Below, in pieces: positions 25,444 through 37,253 of a stretch of 64,000 nucleotides of DNA. Positions within the stretch are counted from its first letter, which is position 1. The number at the start of each line of letters is the position of its first letter. Below the pieces are notes generated by a model. It had not been told where the DNA came from and ran no database searches. It saw nothing but the letters and a program-made list of their open reading frames with translations. The DNA is from Patiria miniata (Eukaryota), in the NCBI RefSeq assembly GCF_015706575.1, contig NW_024037073.1, forward strand, positions 19,958,740 through 20,022,739, in the 5' to 3' direction. The translations under genes and the position numbers were made by a program.

Positions 25444-25558
25444 ATTGATCAGTGAGATGACGGTGGAGGAGAACATCCTGAAGAAGGCCAATCAGAAGAG
25501 ACTGCTGGTGGATGTCTCCATCGAGGGAGGAAACTTCACCACAGCGTTCTTCAAAACG
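25444..25558 (+). CDS. SRCAP/EP400-like: exon: (R)LISEMTVEENILKKANQKRLLVDVSIEGGNFTTAFFKT
   Basis: Matches SRCAP LISERTVEENILKKANQKRMLGDMAIEGGNFTTAYFKQ. Confidence 0.95.
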
Positions 25559-25699
25559 GTTAGATTAACTTCTGAAAATCTTGCTGTACTAGTCATCATG
25601 TTTCAGTGCAGTAACACAGCATTACAAAATATAGAAGACTAAAAAGTCCTCTTTTATTTTAAACCTTGTTTGCTTGAACATTTTTTTCTCCAACATTAC

Positions 25700-26010
25700 C
25701 CTTTTAGCTAGGATGCAGCCTCAGTCCTGCAAAATCTTCAGATTGCCACCATGTAAAAATATGGATTTTGCCGCAATTCCTTGAAATCCTCCAACTCTCT
25801 TTTAAGTCATGAAGCAGTGCGGATGATACCCAGTATGATGTAGGTCTACATATATGTAAGGCTGAACATAAAACAATGCAAGGTACAACTTAAGACGTAT
25901 ACACCTTCCAAAATCAAGCGGCACTTCAAAGGCGTTCAACCTCAATCATTCAAAATCCTTTATTAAGGCCCGGTTGATTTTGGAGGAATCGAGGAGAGTT
26001 GGGGTGAAAA
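25700..26010. mobile_element. MITE family A copy
   Basis: Shared internal motifs. Confidence 0.5.
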
Positions 26011-26350
26011 TTATATTTGGACCATCCAGAAGTTTTTTCAAAGTTACTGTAAAACCTGAAGTTTACAGTTAAATATATAAACCTAACCTTATGACCTGTT
26101 TGGTGTTCCTGTGCTTGTTTATGCATTTCTACTTCCCATTAAACTTTAAGTGTCTTTTGGCCACCAGTTAGCAAACCACAGTTCTTCGAAATTTCTTTTT
26201 GTAACTATTCAAAACAGTCCTTTTCCCTTCTGGTGCCAAGCATTTCTGGCCCCGGAAGTGTAAGATGTTTAATGAGATTTTGCATTTGATATCTTCATGG
26301 TTGTGTCACTTTGCTATTCAAAGAAGTTTCCTTAATCTTTGTATTTCCAG

Positions 26351-26509
26351 AACACCATCAAGGACCTGTTTGACATGTCCAATCGGCGCAATGCCCAACC
26401 TGTCGCCATCGAGGATCTGGTCATCAACAGCAGACCTGAGCAGACACCGAGCAAGACGCAGCAGGCTGCCGAGGAGAAGGAAGCAATCACGCAGAATCAG
26501 TTGGAACAG
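26351..26509 (+). CDS. SRCAP/EP400-like: exon: NTIKDLFDMSNRRNAQPVAIEDL…QNQLEQ
   Basis: Matches SRCAP QTIRELFDM… Donor CAG|GTGAGA. Confidence 0.9.
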
Positions 26510-27023
26510 GTGAGACAAGGACCCAAGAAAATAACATTCAATCTTGAGACAATCAGTGGGCAATTCCAGTGTAACGTAACGTCAGTGACGGAACTTTTTA
26601 GAGCTCAGTGAATAAACTTGAAAATGTATTTTTTTCTTCTTCAAATTTCATGAATCCATTGTCTAGCAATGGTCAAATAGATTACAGACTAGGAGTTTCG
26701 GATCATTTCTCTGAATCATTAATTAGATATCATGGTTAATTGGCTCTGTCACGAACATTACTTTTGTTTACATAATGTTGGAATTGCCCTTGTCTAAAGG
26801 TACAGAACAAGCTTACTCAGATTGTTTTAATTTATAGAGCAGGTTCGCAGTGGCTTGGCAAGAAGTGGAACTGCTTCTTTCAATTCTCTTTTTTCGAGAC
26901 CAAAAAAAAAAACATAAAAACTTATCTTATTTCCCAATGAACAGGGTTTAATTGTGAACCCACTTGAGACAAAAAGCTCAAAAAAGTGCCAATAATCGTG
27001 ATTCTCCTGTCTCCTTTCCTCAG

Positions 27024-27197
27024 GCCCTGGCCAAGACGGAGGATGAGACGGACGTCAAGGCGACCTCCAAGGCCCTGGCTGAGCAGGATGCAGAGCTGGC
27101 GGAGTTTGATGAGACCATTCCCTACGAGGGGGAGGAGACTAAGGCCAAAGAGGAGGTGTCCAAGATCGAGATAGAGCTGGCCCAGCTGGATGACCAG
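27024..27197 (+). CDS. SRCAP/EP400-like: exon: acidic (ALAKTEDETDVKATSKALAEQDAELAEFDE…)
   Basis: Matches SRCAP ALCRAEDEEDIRAATQAKAEQVAELAEFNE. Confidence 0.9.
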
Positions 27198-27849
27198 GTA
27201 ACTTGCATGGAAGCACAGTTCATCAGATGTGCACCACCCAAAATCGATCATGTCATCTGACTGGTCAACTTCAGCATTTTTCTAATCTTGCTCAATGCAA
27301 CGAGGTGTAAGAAATTCTGTGGGACCTCCTATCGTTGAGAAGTCAACAGAAGCACCATAAACTCGGTTGTAACTCAGTGGAAGGTAGCTCCTTGAATAGT
27401 GTCAGCGCTGGATCTTTTGGCTTGCCCTTGATAGTTGACATGATCGATTTTGTCAGACTGAGCTGGTATAGCAACTGTGGGATATTGTTGGGTTGAGCAG
27501 ATTGAAACCAAATTTGATCTCTCTTTTGTTGCTGCTGTCTGAGCAGTCAAAGACAGTAACAAAAAAATCAATCCTCCTTCCCTGTCATACCTTTATACAC
27601 GACTAGCCAAATTTCATTAACAGATAACTGGTAGCTGGCATATCAATCTCCTACAGTCAAAGTTTTGCTGTTTCAAGTTACATAATAGTCACAGCCAGTC
27701 AATCCTGCGTTATGAAGGCAGGGAGAACTCGACTGTTTAAAACAGTCACTTGATTTATTTTTACTGTTGGGATCGCTGTGTTGAACTTGCAAGCCAAAGA
27801 GGTGAGGGTTTTAATGAATAACGTCTTCTCAATATCGCCTTAATCACAG

Positions 27850-27933
27850 CTGACCAACATCGAGAAGTATGCCATGAGGTACCTGGAGTCCAACATGGAA
27901 CCGGCACCAATGGACGATGTCCTGGAAGCAGAG
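27850..27933 (+). CDS. SRCAP/EP400-like: exon: LTNIEKYAMRYLESNMEPAPMDDVLEAE
   Basis: Matches SRCAP LTPIERYAMKFLEASLEEVS and EP400 LTPIEKYALNYLELF. Confidence 0.9.
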
Positions 27934-28739
27934 GTTAGTAACTGTAAGACCAATGCTTAGATCTGTCAAGCACCCAAATGCACTGATACTAATAAGAGTC
28001 TCCACTTGATTTTTGATCATGGTGTGCATTATTTAGCTATCTTTCTGTGTAAGGAACTTAAAAAAGCAGACCCTGTTCTCACATCATCTCAAAACGGTGA
28101 TATGCCGTATGAAAATTTATCAAAACAGGGGTGACCTTTGTCAATTTTTTCTTCCCGATTTCAGAATTTTTTCCACCTGATTTTAGGATTTTGAAATCAT
28201 CCCTTTTGAAATCTGAAATACCTTCTGTTTTACTGTAAAAGTGTTTTTACTTATAAAAGTTTATGTAAGACAAAAGAAATGGTTTATTTTAAGGGATGTC
28301 TTTAGGCAAACAGAAACATACACCATAGACCCTACATTGCTCCGGGGCCCTTGGCCATCCTCACACCCTCTGCTGATTATTCCATGGATTTTCATTTCCC
28401 CCCAATCTCACACCTGAACAAAAGATCTCACTCAGATAAGAGCTCATTCGTAGAAATACCTGTGGCGCTCTTGTGCCAAAAAAAAGGAATTATAATTCTT
28501 GTCTTTAGTGTCATATAATGTATGCAGGTTACAGTGCCGTGTTTTATCTTGAACACAGCATCGTGATGACATTTAGTTGAGGTCTCTGATCAATCAACGT
28601 GAAGAGACACTGACTACTTTCTGATTTGACTTGCTGTGAATTGGGTCCCAAAGCGCAAACTATTTGACGCCGACAAGGCTTGAAATGAAACTACGCTCTT
28701 TAACATTCATGGTTTGTGGTTTTTCAAATGTTTAATCAG

Positions 28740-31700
28740 GAGCAGATCCAGTTGGCAAAGAAGGAATGGGAACTGGAGCGTCTGCAGGCCCTGAAGGAGG
28801 AGGAGGAACGCAAGGCGGAACAAGAAGAGGACGAGATCTTCTTTACCTACTGTGATGAGGAAGCTAAAAATAAGGTGCATAAGAGTAGATCTAAGTCTAG
28901 GCAGACCCAGGGTGGTAGCTCGCGGGCCGGCAGCCAGAAAAGTAGTCGGGCAAGCAGCCGCTCAGGTAGCGCAGAGCGACCAAAGCGTAACCCTCCGGCT
29001 AGTACCGGACGCAGCACGCGGCGCAATCCAAAACCAGATCCCGCGGCAGACGATTCGGGTCCGAGGTCACCTGTAACGAGATCAGGTGCCACCAAGTCCC
29101 CGCCCCCTCCCACAACTGCAGTCCTCTCACCAAGATCCCCCTTGGCCCGGTTAGCTCCAACCAAACCATCTGCCAAGAAAACAGGGTCTGCAAAATCACC
29201 TCCTGAGAAGACGGACACTGCCAAGTCCAAGCAGAAGTCAAAAGGACAGAAGTCCAGTATGCCTAAAGAGCCAGAGAGTAAGCAGAGCTCAGAATCAGCA
29301 GTAAGGCAGCTTGGAGAAGAAACGTCACGCAGCTGTAGTTCACCCATGGATCTATCTGTCGGTGGTCCTAATGCCACAGTGTCAGCAACAACACCAATGG
29401 ACTTGTCCATGAGCCCTAGAAAAGACAACAAGCAACAGGAGGTCATGGTCAAACACACACCAACAAGTGTTACCAGTGAGCCATCAAGCAACCCCACTGT
29501 GACTACATCCCCACCTAATAGCTTCAATGTCCAGCCGCTAAACCTATCTCCTCGATCCAAGCAGCCCCAACACCCAACGAATTCTGACTTGCCTCCTATG
29601 CCTGGCTTGGTATCCAGCTTGACAGGTAGTGGTAGTCCTCCTCCACCCAATCCAAATCTCCCCTCCATTCCTCTACTGCTTCCAAGGCATCCGCTGTCAT
29701 CTCATTACTCGTCTACTCCTACCGTGCTGACAGAGACTCCCTCAATCCGGGCCTCTAATCCCAACAGCCATCCTAGTTCAACTTCATCTAGTCTAGAGTC
29801 TATTCTCCAACGAAATCTGAATGTGGTTGTTTCGTCAGCAACTGGTGTACAGTCACTAACCGCTGCCCAGCTTCTTTCGCTGGGCATGTCCCGACCAAAC
29901 TTGAGCCCCCTGCAGCTTGTGCAGCCTGATACTCCCGGGATTCCACCACGGTTTGGTTTGCCCACTCAATCTCAGATGCTCCGCAATCCTCCACCTTTAC
30001 AGCCAATGCCGCATCAACAACATCTTCGTCCACAAGCACAGCATGCTACATTGCTTCAGCAGCAATATCGGCTACAAGTTCAACAGCAACAGTCGCAGGT
30101 GGCAGCTGCATCCTCACATCAGATGTCATCATCACCCCAGCCACAGCCACAGTCCCAATCACAAATGCCAGTCTTGGCACGCCTCCAGATGCTCACTCAA
30201 CCCAGAATGGCTTCTCCGTCTCAGACCCCTACTCTCCGTCTTTCTCTGTCAAGACCACAGCTGCAAATGGCCCAGAGGCAGTTGCTAGCACACCAGCAGA
30301 TTCTAGGGGCAGCCCGTCTACGTTCATCATCCATCATGCAATCTCAGCCAAGGCAACAGGGTCAGCCAATTTTGGCTCGTCTAGAAGTCTTGCCAGTAAG
30401 GCAACCTCAGTTACAGAGCAGAGGCAGCTCTGAGCTCCTGACCGGTTTACAGTTAGCTGATTCAAGGACAGCAGTGGCTCGACAAAAGGTACCACTGCAG
30501 CGAATGCCACACCCTGTTCGGATACAGGCTCCAGTGATAAATCCCCAGATTTTGTTACAGTTGCAGTCCCAATCCCAGACCAAGTTGCAGTCCCAGACCC
30601 AGCCACAGTCCAGGCCACAAACCATAGCACAAGCTTTAGCCCAGACTCTGGCCCCACAGAATTTCCCGGCTCCAACACACCTGCCATCTACATCTCAAGG
30701 CCCGTCTCAGACACCAGTTTCGATTTCTGTTGTCCCCGTGTCTCACCAGCACACGGCCCAGCCCCAGCACCAGCCCCAGACAGCAGTACAAACCACTCAG
30801 GATGCCCCTGTCAATATGCCAACACCCAGTCAGCACCAAAGCACCACTAACGGTGTCAAACAGTTGCTCACGCTGACAGTTCCAGATGCAACTGTACCTC
30901 GTGGTGCCCCAGTTGAAAAGCTGGCACCTACCCTCACCAAAGCATCACCCCAGGCAGCACAAGGTTCATTAATAAGCACACAATCAGACAGGGAAACATT
31001 AACAAATGCACCAGCTCAACAGTCTCCAAGTACAGTGTCTAAGGTTGCAACTGATTCCCAAAGGACAAGTGTGTCAGAAACGCTTCCAAATCTATCGGAC
31101 ATCCAGATTTCAACCCATGCAGAAGCGGCCAGTTCTGCCTTGAGTCCACCCCAACTTACTCCTCAGCCTCGTGTAGATGCATCACAGTCGGGTGAATCAC
31201 AGATCCAGTCACTATCCCAATCTTGGACTGAATCAGAGTCAGTGTCGCAGATGTCACCACCCTCCCTTGCAGTGTCAGGGCAGATTGCTTCTGTCGCCCG
31301 AGCAGACTCTTGTCCACAATCCTCAAATCAGACTCTTCCTATTCACCAGGAATCGTGTACCCTGATGAAGCAAGTGGACGCTGCCACATCATTGGATTCA
31401 GAACAGATACTTACAGCTGCTTTGTCTCAATTGAAACAAAAGGAGGAAGGTGCGAGTGATAACACACCAAAAGAAAGTGCAATTCCTCAAATTTCATTTC
31501 CTGACCTGAGTACCTCCCCATCTCAACTCTCAACACCTGCCAATCAGTCCAAACCAACTCCCCTGTCCTTCCCCCAGAGGATATCCCCACACCCGACACA
31601 CTCGCCCCCTTCTACACAATCCTCTCCGAATTCTCAGTCCCCGCCTCTGCCAAAATCACCAGCCCTGTCTTGCTCCCCAGAGCCGCTTGACCTCTCACCG

Positions 31701-32693
31701 CAGCACCATAAAGTCAGTCCTCTGAAGGAGGCAGTGAGACGTTCATCACAACATGACTCCACATCCAGGTCTGGTACAGCTCGTAACACCGAGAGGTGCA
31801 TATTTGACCTTTCCCTCTCGAGTTCAAGTGCCCGTCCTGATGCAGTGCATTCATCAAGCAGCCAACCAGAGCAAAAGGATGGGCGTATTTCACTCCCCAA
31901 GCAAGATACAAATCAAGTGGAAGCTCACCTTACCTCAAGAATGCATCTGAACGCAGAGTCTGTACAGAATTCCACGACGGCAAAATCACCCGAGCCTGAT
32001 GGCAGAGAGGAAAGCCACGAGCAGCGGAACATATTCCAAGTGCTCTCCTCCTTAATGAGATCACCCCCACCTGCCTCCCCAGCTCTGCCGCTTTCACCAT
32101 CGGAGGTCGTCTCGCCTTCTTCGGCTTCTCCAGTCCCCGTGCCATTTGATCTGACCATTCCTAAATCTCCCCAGCCGTCCAAAACAATAGCGGCCCAGCA
32201 ACACAAAAATTACCAGTCCGAATTAGATAACGTTGCTGCAGCAAACTCTGATGGCTTGTCTCAGTCATCGACCTCTGTTAGAAATTTTGCGCAAGGCGCA
32301 TCTAATGACACATCCTCCCCCAATGCGGCCACCGAAGCGCCGTCGTCACCGGAGCTAGCCAAGGCTGCCTTGGCTAAGAAACTGGCCAAGATCCAGCTGT
32401 CCAGCGTGGACGACGGTAGGGAAAGCACAGGGCCCCGGACCCGAGCGATGAGCGGCGCTGAATTGGCAGATAAGCTCATCCAGACGCGATCGCGTAGCCG
32501 GCACCATTCAGCCAGCCCTGCGCTAACCCACAGGGACTTGAAAGGTTTGTCCAGGGCTAGCTCAAGGAGCAGCTCTGCCACCAACTCAAGGGATGTCTCA
32601 CCCGCGAGGGGTGGGACGCCAACGGCCACAGATAAAAATGTAGTGGTGAAACGGGGGAGGGGGCGCCCTAGAAAGTACCCAGAGCGCAGTTGA
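28740..32693 (+). CDS. SRCAP/EP400-like: SRCAP-type long terminal exon: EQIQLAKKEWELERLQALKEEEERK…, then about 1250 aa of S/P/Q-rich low complexity, ending in an AT-hook (KRGRGRPRKYPERS) and a stop. The first 135 nt (28740-28874) are also the upstream part of the EP400-type isoform, via the internal donor AAG|GTGCAT
   Basis: Uninterrupted 1325-codon ORF (28716-32693). Acceptor tgtttaatcag|. The start resembles EP400 WEFWNLKTLQEREARLRLEQEEAELLTYT. The GRP-core AT-hook at the C-terminus is typical of SRCAP. Confidence 0.85.
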   Translation, partial: EQIQLAKKEWELERLQALKEEEERKAEQEEDEIFFTYCDEEAKNKVHKSRSKSRQTQGGSSRAGSQKSSRASSRSGSAERPKRNPPASTGRSTRRNPKPDPAADDSGPRSPVTRSGATKSPPPPTTAVLSPRSPLARLAPTKPSAKKTGSAKSPPEKTDTAKSKQKSKGQKSSMPKEPESKQSSESAVRQLGEETSRSCSSPMDLSVGGPNATVSATTPMDLSMSPRKDNKQQEVMVKHTPTSVTSEPSSNPTVTTSPPNSFNVQPLNLSPRSKQPQHPTNSDLPPMPGLVSSLTGSGSPPPPNPNLPSIPLLLPRHPLSSHYSSTPTVLTETPSIRASNPNSHPSSTSSSLESILQRNLNVVVSSATGVQSLTAAQLLSLGMSRPNLSPLQLVQPDTPGIPPRFGLPTQSQMLRNPPPLQPMPHQQHLRPQAQHATLLQQQYRLQVQQQQSQVAAASSHQMSSSPQPQPQSQSQMPVLARLQMLTQPRMASPSQTPTLRLSLSRPQLQMAQRQLLAHQQILGAARLRSSSIMQSQPRQQGQPILARLEVLPVRQPQLQSRGSSELLTGLQLADSRTAVARQKVPLQRMPHPVRIQAPVINPQILLQLQSQSQTKLQSQTQPQSRPQTIAQALAQTLAPQNFPAPTHLPSTSQGPSQTPVSISVVPVSHQHTAQPQHQPQTAVQTTQDAPVNMPTPSQHQSTTNGVKQLLTLTVPDATVPRGAPVEKLAPTLTKASPQAAQGSLISTQSDRETLTNAPAQQSPSTVSKVATDSQRTSVSETLPNLSDIQISTHAEAASSALSPPQLTPQPRVDASQSGESQIQSLSQSWTESESVSQMSPPSLAVSGQIASVARADSCPQSSNQTLPIHQESCTLMKQVDAATSLDSEQILTAALSQLKQKEEGASDNTPKESAIPQISFPDLSTSPSQLSTPANQSKPTPLSFPQRISPHPTHSPPSTQSSPNSQSPPLPKSPALSCSPEPLDLSPQHHKVSPLKEAVRRSSQHDSTSRSGTARNTERCIFDLSLSSSSARPDAVHSSSSQPEQKDGRISLPKQDTNQVEAHLTSRMHLNAESVQNSTTAKSPEPDGREESHEQRNIFQVLSSLMRSPPPASPALPLSPSEVVSPSSASPVPVPFDLTIPKSPQPSKTIAAQQHKNYQSELDNVAAANSDGLSQSSTSVRNFAQGASNDTSSPNAATEAPSSPELAKAALAKKLAKIQLSSVDDGRESTGPRTRAMSGAELADKLIQTRSRSRHHSASPALTHRDLKGLSRASSRSSSATNSRDVSPARGGTPTATDKNVVVKRGRGRPRKYPERS

Positions 32694-33810
32694 CAAACAC
32701 TGAGGTAACAACCAATGCAGTTCATTTAAGTTAATTTGTAAAAGACACGGCGATGGTTATGTGCAAGAAACTAGTTTTACTCACTGACCAAAGATGTGTG
32801 TATTTAAAGATTTCTTGGTAGGAAAAGTTCTGAGATGTGTCGCAGCAGAGCTGATAAAATCGTTACTTGCAAGGAACGCACTCAAAGCTTTAGTTCCTGC
32901 AGATGTTTAATTTATATTTCAGTGCTTTTGATGTACTTTAAGGGCTGTTTAGTTTCTCTTGATGTCTGGTTATTACCCATAAGAGGCATCATCGATAGGA
33001 ACAATACGATGTTGTGATAGATTGCCAAATAATAGCCAGGTATTATTTGATATGACATACCGATATCACATTCTTAGTGCTTTGTACTTTTTTTTCAGAG
33101 TACCTCTTAAATTCCTTTTTACACTGTGCCATTTGAAAATTTGCAAATCTGTGGTCCCTTTTCTATGACACACAACCTGGAGAAGAATTGTGAATTTTTG
33201 TATTTATTTTGTATTGTATTTATCAATTCTCTTGAAACCAAGTGTAAGTGGTATACTAATTGAACCACGTGACTTCCCCCCCCCCCCCAAAAAAAACCCC
33301 TCAAACCGTATCAACTTTTGTAACTTGACAAGCACAGATAGATTCTGTTTTTATTGTTCCCCGGTTTTCAAATTTGTTGTTTTGCCTTGATTTGAAATGT
33401 TGCTCATCAGTACATTTAGATTAAGTTACACTCACACGTGGTTTACCAAAGCACGGTCAATTTTTTGGAAAGTGAAGCAGGCCAGTTAAGTAAAAATTGG
33501 AAAGTTTTTTTTTTTAAAGACCAGCCTTCATCACAAGTCAAGCATAGCTGCCGCTTTTGGGGTCATTCTCTGTTTGTGTGTGTTCGGTAAAGTAAGAATC
33601 GATGTTAATAATTTGCCGACAAGTGAAAAGAAAATGACCAAGTTAAATTAATTCCTAGAATTTTAAGCTAAAGTCATCAGTTGGGATGGGGCTTGATTTC
33701 TAGGGCACCATTAGATTTATTGAGCAAGATTAATTTGTTATTTCGCAGAATGTGTTTCCCTGTATTTTTGTATTGATAAGCAAGAAAAGATGATGTTGAA
33801 GAATGGGATC

Positions 33811-33816
33811 AATAAA
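33811..33816 (+). promoter_or_regulatory. candidate poly(A) signal AATAAA for the SRCAP-type isoform (about 1.1 kb 3' of the stop at 32693)
   Basis: First canonical AATAAA downstream of the stop codon in an AT-rich UTR-like region. Weak. Confidence 0.3.
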
Positions 33817-34759
33817 TGAAAGATTTATGTTCGAGAAAAGAAAAAGAAAAGTTTCTGTCTTTACTTCCTTTGGTTTTATGCTCTGAGTTTGGCCAGGCTA
33901 AGTAAGAAAAAAAATAAAATCAAGAAAAACGTGAGAACAAAACAGAAAAAAGATGAATCGGAACAAAACCAAAAATTATGTACAAAGATCGTTTGATACA
34001 GTTGCCAAGCATACTTCACAGATGCCGCCCACAAAAAAAATGTACCCTGGCCCAAAATTATGCTATCTCTCTCCAAATTGGTGACAAACAGTGCACTTTT
34101 GGCAGGTTCACAGATGCCAAACCCAACCATTCTGCAAATTGTTTGATATTTTGTGGCCAAAATTTGAAGAAGAAAATTATTGTTTGCCTGTGCCATTCTG
34201 AGCAACCATTAGAAACCATTGGAGGTAGAGATGAGCTTTTGGGCCAGGGAAGGGTGCTCACTAGGGGAACACTTGAAACGCGTACAGATATGCCATAATT
34301 CGTGCCAACCTGAACATTCATAGAGGAATTCTAAAATTTTCTACTCTGGAAAAAGGAGTTCAAAATTGAACAGAGTAAGGCATGGTTCATACCTGACAAG
34401 GAAAGCCAAGCGATCTTCAGTAGAGGAGAATACGAAATTAAACAGGCGGTTATTTGAGGTTTTATCAAGGTTTTACGATGATTTACGGGGAACCTTGGGG
34501 TTAAACCGCGGGGTTAATTTTGCATTTTCTCCCATATTTTAACAATGTTCTCTTCGTTGTGATGCTCGCTGTTGCCTCAACACATTTGCTTCACTCTTTT
34601 CATGTCAAGTATGAACCAAAACTAAATCATCAGGAATATTTTTACTGAACGTTGCTTGGATGAAAATATCAAGAATTAGGACCTGATAAATTGGCAAAGT
34701 CAGAATTAGGAAAATCTGTAAACGGGCATTTTCGAAAGGACAGTATCAGTACAGTACAA

Positions 34760-35465
34760 GGTGAGGGAAAAACAAAGAAGACCCAAATGGCAGGACCATT
34801 TCCTTAATAAAGTTCTGCATGTCGCACTTTCAAAATCTAGGATATAAAAGCCCAATTAATAAGCTTTCTTTTAGTACAAAATTCATTCAAATCACCCATG
34901 TACTTCTCAAGCTACGGAATTTTGAACACAACCACAGTTTTATAGTTCTGTCCACAGATCACAAAAAAAGGTATTTTCTTTCAGCAAAATGAAAACAATT
35001 TACATGTGCCCTATGTGAATTGTTTTCGTTTTGCCGAAAGAACGTACCTTTTTTGGTGATCTGTGGACAGAACTTTGAAATGGTGGTTGTGTTTAAAACT
35101 CCGTAACTAGAAATGTGTTTGTGATTTGAATGATTCTTGTACTAAAAAGAAAGATTATTAATCCCAACTCCCCAGCCTAATTTACTAGGAACCATACCCA
35201 TTCTGGCAAATTCAAACACCAACATGGGAAATAATACACACACACTTTTGGACTTAGTTTCTGGAGGTATGCCAACCCCAGAGTAAAAGACCATCAGTTT
35301 AGGAGTACTGTACCTATCCCAACAGATTTAAACAAAACCTGCTGTTTAACTTTGATGGGTTGAGTTCGGTTAGGGTTAATTGGGCTTTCATATCCTAGAT
35401 ATTGATAGTGCTACATGCAGAACTTCACTCAAAAATTGGTCCTGCCATTTGGGTTTCATTGTTTT
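34760..35465. repeat. about 700-bp foldback / long inverted repeat (centre near 35010)
   Basis: 34780-34860 is the reverse complement of 35375-35455. 34855-34925 is the reverse complement of 35100-35165. 34925-35010 is the reverse complement of 35010-35100. Confidence 0.65.
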
Positions 35466-35574
35466 TCTACTCACCCTGTATGTATAACTTAAACCAAAAA
35501 CAATTGGGCCACTAAAACATAGTTTGGTACAGCGGTCATTCTTCATAGCGATTTTAGGCTGTAAATGAATATTA

Positions 35575-36060
35575 CATAAAATTGGGGATGTTGGTTATGG
35601 GCTCCCTGCCCGAACAAGAAGGGGCACTTTTTGACCACTTTCGAGAGTCTCGTGGACGGGACACTACGTGCGCATAGTGGTTCGCATGCGTGTGGTGCGA
35701 AGTACGCGTGACTAATTTTTTTCTAAGTAAGTTTTGAATTTTTGCATGGTGGTTGTGTAAATTAGTGAAGGTTTTCGGTAACACCATGTGGAATAATCTC
35801 TTTCGAGAAGATGTCACCCACAGGAACCAACCGGTTCTTTTCAGAGCCACACATCTTCCCAAAAGAGATTTCCACATGGTGTTACCGCTAACCTTCACTA
35901 GTTAATTTTATTTGCTTTATACACAATGCCAAAGCGTTTTTGCATGAGCATCAGGCGTCAGTGGTAATGCGTTGGAATGTCTCCCAGTGGTCTTCCCCAA
36001 CTCTCCCTTTCTTACCAATGAGGGGGTACTTGTGCCGGAGCCCATAGCAGAATGTTTGGC
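35575..36060. repeat. dispersed repeat family F (motif TGTCTCTCCCAGTGGTCTCCC…GAGGGGGTACTTGTGC; internal hairpin 35740-35900). Other copies or fragments at 11885-12180, 22425-22810, 42070-42350 and 50495-50640
   Basis: Shared 20-60-nt blocks among the five loci. Confidence 0.5.
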
Positions 36061-37220
36061 ATATCGGTGTTTGTCATAGGGACGTTCTACTTTAACACTT
36101 TCAGTAAAAGTACAATTTTCGAGTCAAGAGCACTAAACAGAGTGTGCACAGTCAGAGAAAATATCCACTCCCAAAATCTAAGAATTACATTTGAAACACA
36201 CACATTTCAAGAGCTTTCCAGTGAAATAGGGGGAAAAAAACCTGTATGGGTGCATAGAATTTTTTTTGCAGAGATTAGAAAAAGAGCTGTGATGTGAATT
36301 CGGAGAAACAGAACCACATTTCCTAAATATTTAAGTTGGTATCCTTTTGAGAAAGATGAAGAGTGGGCATATGATTTTGCTAACTTACCTCAAAACCAAA
36401 CTTTGTAGTTAATGTAGTCTCATTTATATAGAAATTTGGTAAATACTTTGAATCATGAAATCTGAAAATTAACATGGAAGTTCTGCAAGAAAACATAAAT
36501 TATTCCAAGGTTCAAACATTGTTCAGTTAACTCATCCGGGTACATGTACTTTAAACTTGAGTGTCCTTTCAAGGTCAGTTTTAAACCCCCAGCACTGCTC
36601 AGAGGTAACTGTGTGGAAAAAAAAATATCATTTTGGGGCGAGCACTCTTAGGTGTACTTGTAACCAGTGATTGTGACATCGCTACTGACAAAATGGGGTA
36701 CGTTTAAGAAGGAACCTGAAGGGGTGTAGCTACGTAGTGAAATGTGGGTCATTCTATACATTCAGGGTCCAAATTGTGACCTCCTTCCTGTCCCTTTTAC
36801 CTTGGTACTTTGTAATCTACCTTTCAAGTATCATTAAGAATTACTTCAAATGATGTACTTGTTGGGTAGGTGGTTTGTTATTCATAATCACTCTTGGAGG
36901 GCGACTGCATTAAGGAGTGCATCAGAATTATAAAATCATAAATGTCAGATGTAACAGGGACAGGGACAACAAGTGGACCCCAAATTGATAGAATGCCCAC
37001 ATGCGCAATGCAACACAACACCATGCAATACAACGTCAACAAACTCTCAGATATAATCATGTTGAATCTAAGGGCTAGAAGAAGGAGGAAAAGCTATGCA
37101 TGTTCATTGTTTATTCCTTGGAAGATTGAGTGATGTTCCAAGACGGATGAACCTGAGAGTTGACGTGCATAATCTCGTACTCAAATTATTGTGGATGCCT
37201 TGTTTGTTTTCTCCCTGTAG

Positions 37221-37253
37221 GTGTACATTTCCAACAAAGATGACATCATGCCG
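37221..37253 (+). CDS. SRCAP/EP400-like: EP400/Domino-A-type isoform micro-exon (VYISNKDDIMP)
   Basis: Strong acceptor ttttctccctgtag| and donor CCG|GTAAGT. 33 nt, phase 0/0. Resembles EP400 YVYEDVDGQTEVMP, which directly precedes the LWTPPTPP motif. Confidence 0.6.

Noticed and set aside
28847-29668. 273-aa ORF on the minus strand (and other antisense ORFs at 29705-30839 and 31411-32725) overlapping the giant exon
   Set aside because: They are antisense to a strongly supported 1325-codon sense ORF. The low-complexity S/P/Q coding sequence leaves the opposite strand stop-poor. No homology or signals.
33876-34321. ORFs of about 87-109 aa in the region after the SRCAP-type stop
   Set aside because: An AT-rich UTR or intron-like sequence with no splice-phase continuity or homology.
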